Of a stretch of 63,134 nt of DNA, positions 27,320-39,994 are shown in pieces. Under the pieces are notes generated by a model. That model was not told where the DNA came from and made no database searches. It saw nothing but the letters and a program-made list of their open reading frames with translations. Both the position numbers and the translations under genes were made by a program. Position 1 is the first letter of the stretch. Each line of letters starts with the position of its first letter. This DNA is from Octopus bimaculoides (lineage: Eukaryota). The stretch spans positions 84,214,124 to 84,277,257 of the forward strand of contig NC_068983.1 of assembly GCF_001194135.2 (NCBI RefSeq). Reading direction: 5' to 3'.

Positions 27320-29150
27320 AATGGTGATGATGATGATATGAAAGAGAAAAAAAGCTGGAATAGTATATTTAGAAATCTGCATATGTTATATAACAGCTGA
27401 TTCTGAATAAAGATTCAACTTTGCACAAATCTTTTGGTAAACATTAATAAAATGACTGTTCAAAAAGCTAGGGATTATATTCCCAAAACTTTAATGGTTT
27501 ACACTGAAAATAATGTCTTGACTTACACAGATTTACTGAATAAGGAAGAATCAACATATTTCTAGAGAACTGTTTGGCAATTTTGAGTAGATGGTCGTTT
27601 TTAAGGCATTCCTGGACATTGTAGAGTTTAGTCTAATTACTCAACTAGTAAAACACAATCACCACTGATAGAGGAAATATTACCAAAAAAAGATTAAAGT
27701 GAAAGATGAAGAGGGTGAGAGTGTGCATCAATCAGATGGATGGGACTGGCTTAAAGACAACATGTGTCTTTTCTACGATCAGACACAGTAGTTGAAGCTA
27801 AAGAAACAACAAGCTGCAAACACAAAAATAATATATATCTAGTTAGATCTAATTGTAAACTCCTGTTTAGATGGCATCATCTTAGAAAGAGGTGTGTACA
27901 GATAATAAACAAATCTTAGTAGCTTTACACATTAGGGACCTAATTAAATAATTAGAGTTTAACAAGGCAAAATATAATAAGCACTGCTCTTCGGCAAGTG
28001 TTCTGTAATGGCAAATGCAACAGTAACAGCAAATATAAGTTGTTTCATACAAATATGTGCAAGCACTTAGAAGTCATATTGTTTTTGCAGAAGGAAAGGA
28101 ATATTTCTTCCTCTCTCTTTTTTTTTTATTATTTTGTCAGTCTTTAATTTCAGTGAATGCAAGCATTGAATAGTCTTTTATAGTATATTCATATTTATAG
28201 TAAATTGAATAGATCAAACTTAATCTAATAATAATAATAATAATGATTATGATGATTTCTTACATTGGCACAAGGCTACGAATTTGTAGGAGATGGGTAG
28301 AATAGAATTCATCAACTCCAGTATATGACTGGTACTTATTTTATTGGCCCATCCCTAGAGCAAGAGGAAAGTTATGAAACCCAGGCAGGATGTGAATATA
28401 GAAGAACCAAAACTAAATACTGTAACTAGACTTACTTTGACAGTAAAAAAAAAAAATGGAAAATTGTAGTGTTTATGTTTTCCTTGTTCATTAGTGAAGT
28501 GTAATGGTTAAAATAAGGAAGTGCAACAGTCACAAACTCATTTACTAACAAATTACAGCCACACAACAATGCCTGTCACAAAATAATTATAGTATTATTG
28601 TTACTATTACTACTATAAATATTGTTACTATTACCATTAGCTTCATTACTTGCTAGTAACGATGGCTGTAATAATAGTAAAAACAATCATTTCTAGCAAT
28701 GACATAAGGCCAAATATTCGGGGATCATTAAAGTCAACTGAACTGACCACACAGCAAGCAGATTAACCAAATGGCATATAATGAAACATAATAGTGTTAT
28801 TGTTTATCCCCAGGTCAGTCCTGATAAAGCAGACTTACGATCAAAGGTGTTCCAACCATGACCATCCACGTCTTGTATTCAATTGTAATGTTTCTATGAT
28901 TTCATTAAACAATGCGCTTCTCACTTTTAAGACAACAGGGTGTGATTTGAGGGCGATCTGGTCGGTGTTTCTAGCAGGTCAAATAACCACCCAGACTCCT
29001 TTGTTGGATTGTAAAACGCTAAAGTGATTCCAACAACTAGTATCAGTAAAAACAAGAAAACAAAAAACAAAAAAAGAAATCTTTGACATCAGAATGAATA
29101 GATATGTTCCTATAGAATATAGATAAACTTAAAATACTATATGTAAATAT

Positions 29151-30017
29151 TTACTGTCGCAATGGAGAGAAATTTAATGAAATGGGCACATTTTGATTGA
29201 CGTTGTTAGTGGTATTAAGACATGGCTGGTAGCACTGTATTTCTCTTTCAATGTTCCCAACAGGTGGAAGGGGTGACACGGAGCGAATGGTATTGTTGCC
29301 TTGAGAGTAGTACAACTTGTAGTCATTGACGGATGAAGGAAGCTCACTTGTCAATGCTTCTGATGTAGCATGACGGTGAGCAGATGTCACAAAACTGGCT
29401 TCCTGCGAAGCAAGGCTGGTGACGTGAGGGAAAGTTTGCATTTGGTCATGAATATCTGTATACTGTGGGTGTTGCTGCTGCTGTTGTTGCCGTTGCTGTT
29501 GTCGATGTTGCCGCTGCTGTTGTTGGTGATGATGCTGATGAATTATACTAGATTGATGCTGGCCTCCTCCACTCTGTTCATGATGGGGGGTTGTTGGAGG
29601 AGAGCCGTGGTTGTCAGACAGAGAAATAACTGGACTGTTGTTGTTACTAGCATTGTTATGATTACTCATGTGTAATGAAATGTCCTCACTGGAAGGAGTG
29701 TAACCACTGTAAGAGGACTCATTGTATGGTGAATGGCCTGAACTGCCACTGGTTTCCAAATCAATAACTATAGGTTGTCTACTACTATCTTTAACTTGTT
29801 TTAATATTCTGCCTGAACCCTTACATTCAGACATGACTTTGTAGAGAATTCCATCAGAGCTGCCTTTTCGTTGGTCGCTGTTTCCGACCTGATGAATGGG
29901 CACCATAATGGGTGATCTGTATAGGCCGCTAACTGGTTTGGTTTTACGCTTGTGAGACTTATTAGCAGTTTCTGATGTATCATTGATGGGGAGTAGAGGT
30001 TTGATATGAACATGCAT
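29151..30017 (-). CDS. Terminal coding exon of the zinc-finger gene; last His of ZF4 plus S/N/H/Q-rich low-complexity C-terminus
   Basis: Acceptor tttctttttcag|ATGCAT joins in phase 0 and completes ZF4 (HTLK|MH). 288-codon open frame with poly-Q/H tract, TAA at 29153-29151. Total CDS 1599 nt = 532 aa. Confidence 0.9.
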   Translation of the reverse strand: MHVHIKPLLPINDTSETANKSHKRKTKPVSGLYRSPIMVPIHQVGNSDQRKGSSDGILYKVMSECKGSGRILKQVKDSSRQPIVIDLETSGSSGHSPYNESSYSGYTPSSEDISLHMSNHNNASNNNSPVISLSDNHGSPPTTPHHEQSGGGQHQSSIIHQHHHQQQQRQHRQQQRQQQQQQHPQYTDIHDQMQTFPHVTSLASQEASFVTSAHRHATSEALTSELPSSVNDYKLYYSQGNNTIRSVSPLPPVGNIEREIQCYQPCLNTTNNVNQNVPISLNFSPLRQ

Positions 30018-31325
30018 CTGAAAAAGAAATTCATAAGTAAATAAATGGTTGACATATCACATCGCAATTTTTAACTAAACACACTGCATCTCATCAAAAC
30101 AATTGGGAAACTTTTATAATAGTGGCTGATGTGCATGAATATAGTTCTTGTAACAACAATATGGTACCATATATTCTAGTGCAGTGGATATAACAGCATT
30201 ACATTCAACTAAATTTATTCAGTTTCATTATCCTAAATAACTAGTATAGTGCACCATACATTGCACATCTTCAGATATCTATCTGATGTTAGAATTTCTT
30301 ACATAAACAGCATAATAGAATAGGTGACAAAATAGATGCCAGTTTTATATAAATAATACAGTAGAATAAGTGATAGCAGCTCCCGATAAGATGCCATATA
30401 AGTATTACTCAATGACTTTACCTAGAGTATTATGAGTAAATATAAATTTATAAAGATGGTGCTAAATCTAAGAACTAGAATCTCACACTCACACACACAC
30501 ACTCAAAGCTGCATACATGTATGCATATACAAGCACAAAATTCATACCTGCACACAACTATATTGCTTTGAAATCAATAACTCTTTATAGCTCACATGCG
30601 AAAAGTCTTTAAAACATTATTGGAGATTAGAGTTCAATCAGATTTGTAAAACAATATAGTATCAAAGTCACAAACCAATCACAACCAGTGCTGTACTTGA
30701 GGACCTGACACCATTGACAAACACAACTGGTAAAACCTAATGATATCACATTCTATACAGTGACTGATAACTTTGCATTAGCAATCATTTTCACAGTTAC
30801 CACAATACTTCAGCATTAACAAAATCAATCTCCTGCAAATGCTCATCAAAATTATTAAGACAAACAGGTGTATGAATCATTTAATTCTACATGCTTAGAT
30901 ATCTTTCTTCACTAATAATTCCTATAAACATGACATTAAATTTTATAGTTTTTCTTATGAACATCTTTTTGAAAATGACAATTAAATTACACACAACAGA
31001 TATCAGATGCACCATCTAGTAGCAAAAATTATAATGTAAGAGGCTGCAACCTAGTCACAGAAATCATTTGAACAACATTTCTGTGGTTGAAATCAAATGC
31101 TGATCAACATCATCTTTGCAGGTAATATCATCTTCTAAGAGTCAAAATTTTATTTGGTGTGAAACACTGTAGATATATCACTAAACCATATCAAGGTGGG
31201 GGAAAACCACATCCATATCTATAACAATAATTGAAATACATAACACAAAAAAAACAGGTTGAACGCTGAGCTGATAACAAAGCTAACAAAAAGCAAAATC
31301 AATTAGGCAATAATGTTTCTACAAA

Positions 31326-31378
<53 letters not shown>

Positions 31379-31479
31379 NNNNNNNNNNNNNNNNNNNNNN
31401 NNNNNNNNNNNNNNNNNNNNNNNNNNNNNNNNNNNNNNNNNNNNNNNNNNNNNNNNNNNNNNNNNNNNNNNNNNNNNNN

Positions 31480-31537
<58 letters not shown>

Positions 31538-32266
31538 CTCAAATCCCAATAAAATAATTAAAACAAAATTTCCTAAAGATTTGAGGCTGTATAAATTCAT
31601 TGAAGACTTAGATATGGTTTAATTACATGTAAATATAAAAATATATTTTAAGGATTATAAATAATAATCATGTTTCCAAGTGAAACAATGGATTAGGGTT
31701 TAACAATAACTTTACTCAAGAGTCTTACGGCTGTTGAGTTTTATAAGAATTTGGGTAAAAACATTCTTGGAAATATACAAATGGAATAGGAAAGAAAGAC
31801 TCATAGAATTGGCCGAACTTATTAAACTTACCATAGGCAACATATTTTAAAAAGTTCAAATATTTTACGATGTGGACATAAAAGAGCCCCGATGGGTACA
31901 CTAAAAACAAAATAGAATACATGGTAAGTAGTAAAATACATAAAGTATATGATAGCAATGTAGTATATACTAACTTTGGAATAGTTAGAAACCAACGTAT
32001 CAAAACAGACAATAAGGTGATATCACCCTCACTTGTATCTTTGAAAATAAGCTGAGACTAATGAAATGGCTTCAAATGAAATACATAAATAAATAAATAA
32101 TATATATATGGATATATAGTAGATAATCCAGGTATTTACCTTGGGAAGAACATCTATAAACGAAGGCCACATGAAAATTGTGAAAGGGAATATCCCTTAT
32201 GAAACTGCTGTTTCAGATAAACAGAAAATCTGCAAATTCCATTTTCATCAAAGAATATTAATAAGG

Positions 32267-32690
32267 AAAAATTGAACATTGGAATTTGGGATATTATTTT
32301 TATTTCATAGCTGACAATAATATCAATAACTCCATGGTAACTAATTTGTGTTATGCTTATAAAAATGTCCATTATTAATGATGTGATCATATTTGTTATG
32401 TAATGTACCTACATAGCCATCCATGGAATTGTCTTGTCATATCTCTTTATGAAAACAATACAATAAGAACAATATTGCTTTGATGAAAGCTCTGATGAGA
32501 CAATTCCATGGATGGCTATGTAGGTACATTACATAATATATAATGTAGGTACATTACATAATACATATGACTAAATCATTAATAACAGATATGTTTATAC
32601 ACATAAGACAAAATTAATCACTATGGAATTGCTGAAACAATTGTCAACCAAAAAATAAAAATATCACAAATTCCAATCTTCAATTTTAAT
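32267..32690. repeat. Nested palindrome: diverged outer arms with perfect 39-bp inner arms
   Basis: 32396-32434 is the exact reverse complement of 32498-32536. Outer arms 32267-32392 and 32557-32690 are clearly homologous but diverged (roughly three quarters identical by eye). Confidence 0.9.
32488..32649 (+). ncRNA. Hammerhead ribozyme relic: intact core, extended stem II, decayed stem I
   Basis: CUGAUGA 32492-98. Stem II GACAAUUCCAUGG pairs with CUAUGGAAUUGCU (32621-33). GAAAC 32634-38, palindromic ACAAUUGU stem III, GUC 32643-45. Stem I mostly unpaired (AGCU vs AACC). Confidence 0.65.
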
Positions 32691-32936
32691 TACATATATA
32701 TGGATAGATATAAAACACTTTCATGCTCATGTTTTCATATACAGATAATATTGGATATAATGAATCAAGTAAAATCAGTAAAAGAAAAAGGGTAGTTTAT
32801 CAATTTAGAAGCCATTTCATAAAATATTGTCCTACAAAGCAGAAATAATAGAAATAAACTTAAAACTATAACAGGTTGTTATAATGAAAAAGAACAGAAC
32901 TGAAGAAGATTTTGTAAATGTATATAACACTGACTA

Positions 32937-32981
<45 letters not shown>

Positions 32982-33222
32982 CAAAATAGCAAAAGTAAAT
33001 AGAAAGACAAAAAAAAATTAAATTAAAATTAAAAGAGAAGCAAAGAAAACAAAGGAACTGGTTTAGTGTATGGTTTTAAGCCATAATAACAGTAAAAAGA
33101 AAAGCTGGATAATGATGGGAAGTAAAATAGATTTCATTAACTTAATCATTTAACTGTATAAATACAATCAAATGTTTGGTTCTCAGTCATTGTAATGTAG
33201 TAAATTAATATAACTTCATATT

Positions 33223-34150
33223 CAGGAGTGGCTGTGCAGTAAGTAGCTTGCTTACCAACCACATGGTTCTAGGTTCAGTCCCACTACATGGCACCTTAGG
33301 TAAGTGTCTTCTGCTATAGCTCTGGGCTGACCAAAGCCTTGTGAGTGGATTTGGTAGAGGGAAACTGAAAGAAGTCCATCATCTTCTTTGCTCTCTCATT
33401 GCTCCCACGACCATTGGCCATCTTTCTTTCTTTTCCTAATTTGCGTTTATTTCTTTCCTTCCAATTCAGCTGGAAGAATCAGACGCATTTTTGTCTGTCT
33501 CCTGTCCAAGCTTGCTCCTCTGTGTTTGCCACTTCACCTCGTTTAGGCTTAGCAGCCCTTCCTGTTTGTTTTCACTGTCCCGTTTTTGTTACCAATTTTG
33601 ACCCTCCGCAAAATCACAAATTTTATTTAATTTGCTTTGCGGGAGCAACTGTTTATTGAAGGTGTGTCTTGTCGTGAATTGCTTGAAATACGGATTAGAA
33701 AAACAGCAGACAACTGATGAAGGGTCGTTCTTTATGTGCTTGTCTTGTTTTCCATTTGTTTCTTTCGTTGTTCACAAAAAAGTTCATATTCCATGTATTT
33801 GTATTTCATATTTTCGTATTTTATGTTGTTTACGTTCTGTAACGTCCTGTGCCCACATATGCATATGTATATATGTATATATCTAAGTATGTACATATAT
33901 GTATGTATATATGCATATATATCTTATTCGTGTGTGCGTGTGTGTGTGTTTGTATGCTTGTGTGTCTGTGTTTGTCCCCCCACCATCGCTTGACAACTGA
34001 TGCTGGTGTGTGTACATCCCTGTAACTTAGTGGTTCAGCAAAAGAGACCAATAGAATAAGTACTAGGCTTATAAAGAATAAGTCCTGGGGTCAATTTGTT
34101 CCAGCATGACTGCAGTCAAATGACTGAAACAAGTAAAAGAATAAAAAAAT
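33223..34150 (+). mobile_element. SINE family C split by an internal insertion and a microsatellite
   Basis: Head 33223-33380 (A box tggctgtgcag, B box ggttcagtccc). Tail 33950-34150 ends gactgaaacaagtaaaagaataaaa. Confidence 0.85.
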
Positions 34151-34351
34151 AAATCATTTTCTATAATTTAAATTTCACAATTCTACGGATCTTTTGCAAT
34201 GGAGAAGTGAATTTTATGTGTTTACACAAATAAAAAGAAAAGTTTTTAAGTCTTAATTTGTGTCCCTTTCCATTGAGTTTAAATTCTACTACAGTTGACT
34301 TTTTTTTTCCATCCTGTTAGGGTCGATTAACTAGATTGCTAGGCTAAAGTA

Positions 34352-35645
34352 TTGGGTCATCCCATGAATAATGCAGTTTTTTCAAATACATGAACTAAAA
34401 GTTGGAGGAGCATGGGATAAACTACCTGCATCAATTTGTGATAAAAGCAGGTAGTAATTTTACCTTCTACTTATTCTTAGTGCAAGTTTTGAAGAATGCA
34501 GTTCGATTTTAACAGTTATCTTCTCAAAACTATAATGGAAGTGACAAAGGAGCATATTCAACATATTTTGCTTTACAAGTTCAGTAAAGGCAACAACACA
34601 AAGGAAAGTGTGAAGAATATTAATGCAGTATATGGGGATCAGACAATAAGTGTAAGCCAGTGTCAACAGTGGTTCCAGAAATTCTGAACCAGAAACTACA
34701 GCCTAGAAGACAAGCCTCGTCCTGAAAGATCTGTAGAGCTCAACGAGGATGTCCTGCAAACCCTGGTGGAACAAAATCCCATCATAACTGTTGAGGAACT
34801 AGCAGAGAAGCTTGGATTTGGTCATTCAACCATTCATTGACACCTGCGTGCCATCGGAAAAGTCAACAAACTGGGGTCAATGAGTTCCTCACAAACTTTC
34901 CGAGTTTAATCATGTGCAGAGAGTGAATGTGTGCTCTTCTTTGCTGTCACATCTCATGAATGAGACCTTTTGTGGACTGAATAGCGATTGGTAATGAGAA
35001 ATGGATTCTCTATAAAAAATGTCAAGTGCTGGAGACAGTGAGTAGAGAAAACAGAAACACCGACACCTCAGGCTAAAGAAGGTCTTCACCTACATAAGGT
35101 GTTATTATCTGTTTGGTGGGATATGAAAGGTTTAGAGTTCACTTTGAACTTTTAAACCCAAACCAAACAATCACAAAGGAGATCTGCTATGAGCAGCCTG
35201 AGTTGTTTTAAGTCAGTTCTGGAAGGAAAACAACCATCTTTGGTTTCAAGACGAAAAGTGTTCTTCCATCAGGATAATGCTCGGACACATACAGCAAGGA
35301 TGACATCTTAAAGGCTGGAGCAGTTTGAATGGGAAACAATGCCCCACCCACCATATTCACCAGAGATTGCCCCATCTGATTATCATTTATTCCCCAGTCT
35401 TCAAAATCATTTGGACAGAAAAGATATGAATTCGGTAGATGAGGTCAAAACAGTACTGGAAGAGTATTTTTTGTCATGGACAAGTGAATTTTGGAAGAGG
35501 GGCCTTGCAAGTCTACCAGAAAGATGGAAGAGCATTGCAGAAAATGAAGGAGAGTATATTTTAGATTAAAAAAGAACTCTGTTTATCTTAATTTTGAAAA
35601 ATTAAAGAAGTATAAAAAAACCACATTATTTATGGGATGACCTAA
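34352..35645 (+). mobile_element. Full-length (1294 bp) mariner with dead transposase, in intron 2
   Basis: TIRs ttgggtcatcccat / atgggatgacctaa with TA on both sides. ATG 34535 MEVTKEHIQHILLYKF; motifs *VPH, GNEKWILY, HQDNARTH, YSPEIAPSDYHLF; stop at 35569; internal stops and frameshifts. Confidence 0.95.
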
Positions 35646-36029
35646 TATTTGTCTTAATATCACTGACTATACCCTGCTAAATGTATGGCTTTATGCTTAG
35701 TTAGAAAAAAACTAACAAAGAAATAGCCATTGAAGCTACTGCTGTAATTCTTTCCAATTTGACATTCTTTTATATTATCTGTTTCATACCTCAGCTTCTT
35801 CCTACAGCTTAGAGATACAACACTTTACAAATGATGTCTGGTAGTTCCAGCTTCTCACACCGGATTTTGGTTTTCTTTGAGGAGTACACCAATCATAATG
35901 AGTATCTCACTCATTCATGAAGCTCTATGAATATACTCTACTTCATATGCTAGGTTTCACTACCTTTCAACTTGCTCATTTTCCATCTTCATAATATTCT
36001 AATCTTATGCCAGTCAATAAAAATCCAGA

Positions 36030-36815
36030 ATGTCAATAAAAATCCATTCTTTGTCCCATAAGAGAGTGATATTTGGTCAGTTATGTTGCAGTTTCTTATC
36101 TGTGTAGATTGCCATATCTCATGTGAGTTTCACTTGATCATTCTCTGTAACTGGCAAGGGTTGGTGTTCATACCACTTATCAGTACACTCTAGCCTATAC
36201 CTCCAGCACATCTCCCAGTGTACCCTCTGTGTAACTTTGTCATGGTGTTTTCTGTACCCCTGGGTTAGGTTTGAACATCTACTACCTGTATGTCTGACTG
36301 TTTCAGATTAGTTTCCACACAACATACAGAGAGGTGTTTCTACCTTTTTATCAATGTTGTCCTTGGTTACATCAGTTTGCAAAGGTTGTTCTTGAACAGC
36401 AAAGATCAAGCCTTCTGTTTCTTTCTTGAAAAACCCATGTCTTAATCATCTTCAGGATCCTTCATCAGTTACATCTGAAATATGTTGGAAAAACTCACCA
36501 CATAGGACTTTCTCTTTCCAGTTGATCTTTTCCTCATAAGTCCTCTTTTTGTACTCTTGGAGCTCCTCTTCATTATCACTAATCAGCTCCACACTCAGTG
36601 CAGCTTGCAACAACCATTCATTATTCTCCCAAAAACGGGCATGTAATGATTTGCTCTACTTCCTAACATTCTCCTCTATCCCATTGAATCCTTTTCCTCC
36701 TTCCATCCTTGGCTGATAAAATATTACCACATTACTTCCAGTAAGAAGGCATCCATGCATAGCCATTCTCTTTCTAGTTCTTCTTTCCATGCTAGCTAGT
36801 CCATCTTTTGTCCAG
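36030..36815 (-). mobile_element. R4/Dong-like non-LTR retrotransposon C-terminal fragment
   Basis: FKKETEGLIFAVQEQ, CMLCGN*SETVRH, HDKVTQRVHWEMC, WYEHQPLPVTEN and TDKKLQHN*PNI. Confidence 0.85.
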
Positions 36816-37149
36816 GCAAGATTGTGTGATTAAGAAGTTTGCTCTCAATCATATAGCTTCAGGTTCAGTTCCACTGTACAGCACTTTTTGCAAGTCTCTT
36901 CTAATATAATCCCAGGTGAACAAATGCCTTTATGAAGGAGTTTGAAAACTGAAAGCAGCTCAAAATGTGTGTATATGTGCAGGCATGCATATATGTGTCT
37001 GTTTGCAAGCTGTGATGAGATAAGCTACAGATGGTGATGTTACCATTTGTAGCTTAGCTGCAACTGCTGACACTTATTGACATTTTCTGTCAACAAATCA
37101 ACTGCGAGGTCTGTGCCTTTGAATTTCTCTGGAATTAAATATTCCCTTA

Positions 37150-37305
37150 CTAGTTCGGCAAGAGACCAATAGAATAAGTACTAGGCTAGGCTTACAAAGA
37201 ATAAGTCCTGGGGTCGATTTCTTTGACTAATAAACCCTTTAAGGCAGTGCTCCAGCATGGCCACAGTCAACTGACTGAAACAAGTAAAAGAATAAAAGAA
37301 TAAAG
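37150..37305 (+). mobile_element. SINE family C tail
   Basis: gttcggcaagagaccaatagaataagtactagg...gactgaaacaagtaaaagaataaaagaataaa. Confidence 0.8.
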
Positions 37306-37630
37306 TAATGTAAATTACAGAATCTTTTGCTTGTTATCAATTTCAGCAAAATAAGAGTTCATTATGTGAAACTATAAGAGTGTTGTACAGAGTAAAGGAT
37401 GAACCACAGAAACTGTAGAGTCACAATTAAGTGTCCAGCTTTCTATAACCATACACTAGAGAATGTTGGGAAAATTTTAAATCAAGCAATAAAAACTACA
37501 CCAAAAATACAGAAATAAAGGAGAGGGAAGGAATACAAATTAAATAAATAGATATGTATGTATGTATACATATGTGTATATATACATATATATGTATATA
37601 TAATATTTTCAAATCATAACTGTTTATCAC

Positions 37631-37815
37631 CTTTAGTGTATGGGATTTTAAACTGCTTTCATTGGTATAACTTCTGTTGCAGATGACACAAGCATGTTGT
37701 TTGTTTGCAGCTTTTTTCACCTGATCGTCATGGTTACGTAAGTGATGTTGGAGATTGGACAGCTGTGCAAATGAGCGGTCGCAGTCACCTAAAGTGCACT
37801 TGTAAGGTTTTTCTC
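37631..37815 (-). CDS. Coding exon 2 of the same zinc-finger gene; ZF3 and most of ZF4
   Basis: Acceptor tttctacag|GA completes the Gly codon from exon 1. Translates (G)EKPYKCTLGDCDRSFAQLSNLQHHLRNHDDQVKKAANKQHACVICNRSYTNESSLKSHTLK. Phase-0 donor AAG|gtgata. Length 185 nt = 2+61x3. Confidence 0.93.
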
Positions 37816-39776
37816 CTGTAGAAATAAAACAAATAAAATTATTTTCAGTTGAAAATCTTATTTTGAGTCAAAGCAACACCAAAAGAGATGGGAAGATATT
37901 AAAAGAAACGAAATTTTTTTAAGTTTGAAAACAATGGTGTTGAAATATTTTTAAGACTTACACAAAAAGGTAAACAAAAGCGAAACAGCTACAATAAAGC
38001 AAAAAACATCTTAATTAATCCTTCTCATTTGAATAGTTTTTATTAATAGACTTGCACTATTTTCANNNNNNNNNNNNNNNNNNNNNNNNNNNNNNNNNNN
38101 NNNNNNNNGGATCTCTGACCTACTAACAAAAGTTTTCTTATTTTTGTAGCACACAGTCAGCACTGCATCTTATCCCAAACAAACATACATACTCTCAATG
38201 ATCTAATCCAGTAGTTCCTAAACTTTTTCAGGCTGCCACCCACTTGGCAACCAGGCCATATTCCTAGCGTCCCCCCACTCTCCCCACCACAAATATAGAC
38301 CACTTTCTGCAGTAAATTCAAAACAACTGTATTTCACAAAAAAGACTTAAACCTAATTAACTTATTAATATTTTTTTTTTTTTTTACATCTACCACCCCA
38401 TTTTGGCCACCCCATTATCATCCACTTTTCTTCAATGCTCCCCTGGACCATTCCACTGCCCTCAAGGGGGAAGTTTGGGATTTTGGATTTTGTTCCACCA
38501 GGGTTTGCAGGACATCCTTGTTGAGCTCTAGAGATCTAATTCATCTAGCTTTAAAATGATGACAAGGAGGCAGTAACACTGCTGAACACAACAGGAATAT
38601 TGTGTAATTAACAAGTATTTTCTTAATTTCAGATTTTTTAAGGTAGGTATTGGCTGCAAGAGATGGCACCTTATCCATGAACATACCTGTCTTTCAACTC
38701 CTTAACTGCTTATAATAATTTAAGGCTTTAAAAAAAGCCATAGAATGAGCATGTGACGTTTCAATTGTCAACCATACTTTCACTGACTTTCCTTCTGTCC
38801 ATAGCTTAGATCTACAGAGGTAGTGCTGATCAAAGCTATTAAAGAATAACACTTAGAACACAGAAGCAGTGTGCAAGATGATGGCAACTCAAATTGAAAT
38901 CTAACATAACTAGCGTCACTGAATTATTTCATTTCAAAACTATTCTTCATTTATGAGACCAGAATACAGAGCACCCATGCTGGTGCTACATAAAAAGCAC
39001 CTGTGCTGGTGCTATGTAAAAAGCCATAAAAAAACTAGCCAAAACAGACAATTGGAGCCCGAGTAGCTCTCCAGCTTGCTAGCTCCTGTCAAACCATCCA
39101 ACCCAGGTTAGCATGGAAAATGGACATTAAATGATGATGATGAATTCCAAACCATGCTTGAAATTGTCTTCTATATTTGCTAGAAAATGAAAATCACATT
39201 AACTATTGACTAATATCATTTTTTCCATCAATTCATATTTATTTCTACCAGCCCTTTAACGTTCCATACAACAATGTTTTTTCATTCAAATGACAACTAT
39301 AAACAATGCATTTTTCCCCACACCCATAAATGGACAAATCTTGTACATGTTCTTTGTGATTCCTTCCTCAATATATCAGCAAAGTATAGTGAAAGCCATA
39401 CATAGTTGATGAGGTTAAAATAATTAACTTTTCAAAATCCTCTGTATTAATATCTAAATACTAATTTGCCTATCTATTAAAATTACATCCTCTTTTTTTT
39501 AAGAATTAGCCAGAAGAGGAAAGAGCAACACTTATGAGAATTTTCACGGCCTCCATAACTGGTAGAAGGAAGGGAAAAGTTATCTTTTAAGAGGAAACCT
39601 AGTTCAGATGCTGACAAGAGAAAGGACTTTGCTTAGGCAGATAAATATCTTCTATCATAGCCATGTGTTGTCCAAAGTTTTGGGAATTAAATCTGGTAAC
39701 CAGAAACTGTGTGGAAGTTTGGTGGGGGAACTGTTCCTGTTCTGGGGTGGTAGACTTAATTTATTGTCTGGTTTAA

Positions 39777-39994
39777 CTCTTTAGCCTTTCAACTGGTCAT
39801 ATCCAGCCCAATACTGTACCTTTTTTTATATTTAAACTGGCCAGATCTGGCTCTCACATCTATCCTACAATGTCATTCTAAAAATAAACGAGTACATAAT
39901 TGAAATCTCAAAGTAAATGGATAATGCATGAGTAATTCAAAACAATGTGGATAAGTAAGCAAACATTAGACAGAATGATCTGAATGATAAAGGG
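39777..39994. mobile_element. piggyBac-like MITE
   Basis: TTAA|ctctttag...taaaggg|TAAA. A truncated second copy starts TTAA|ccctttagc at 50385. Confidence 0.65.

Noticed and set aside
29370-29675. Hydrophobic Leu-rich ORF resembling a signal or TM peptide
   Set aside because: It is the antisense of the poly-Q/H tract of the real exon.
33223-33300. SINE heads as tRNA genes (also 161, 10840, 14125, 47126)
   Set aside because: A and B boxes are present, but there is no full cloverleaf and each continues into a SINE body and tail.
33714-33780. CUGAUGA followed by AGGG as a hammerhead
   Set aside because: No closing stem II strand or downstream GAAA.
38207-38260. hAT-like TIR CAGTAGTTCCTAAAC (similar start at 55869)
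   Set aside because: No matching second TIR or 8-bp TSD found.
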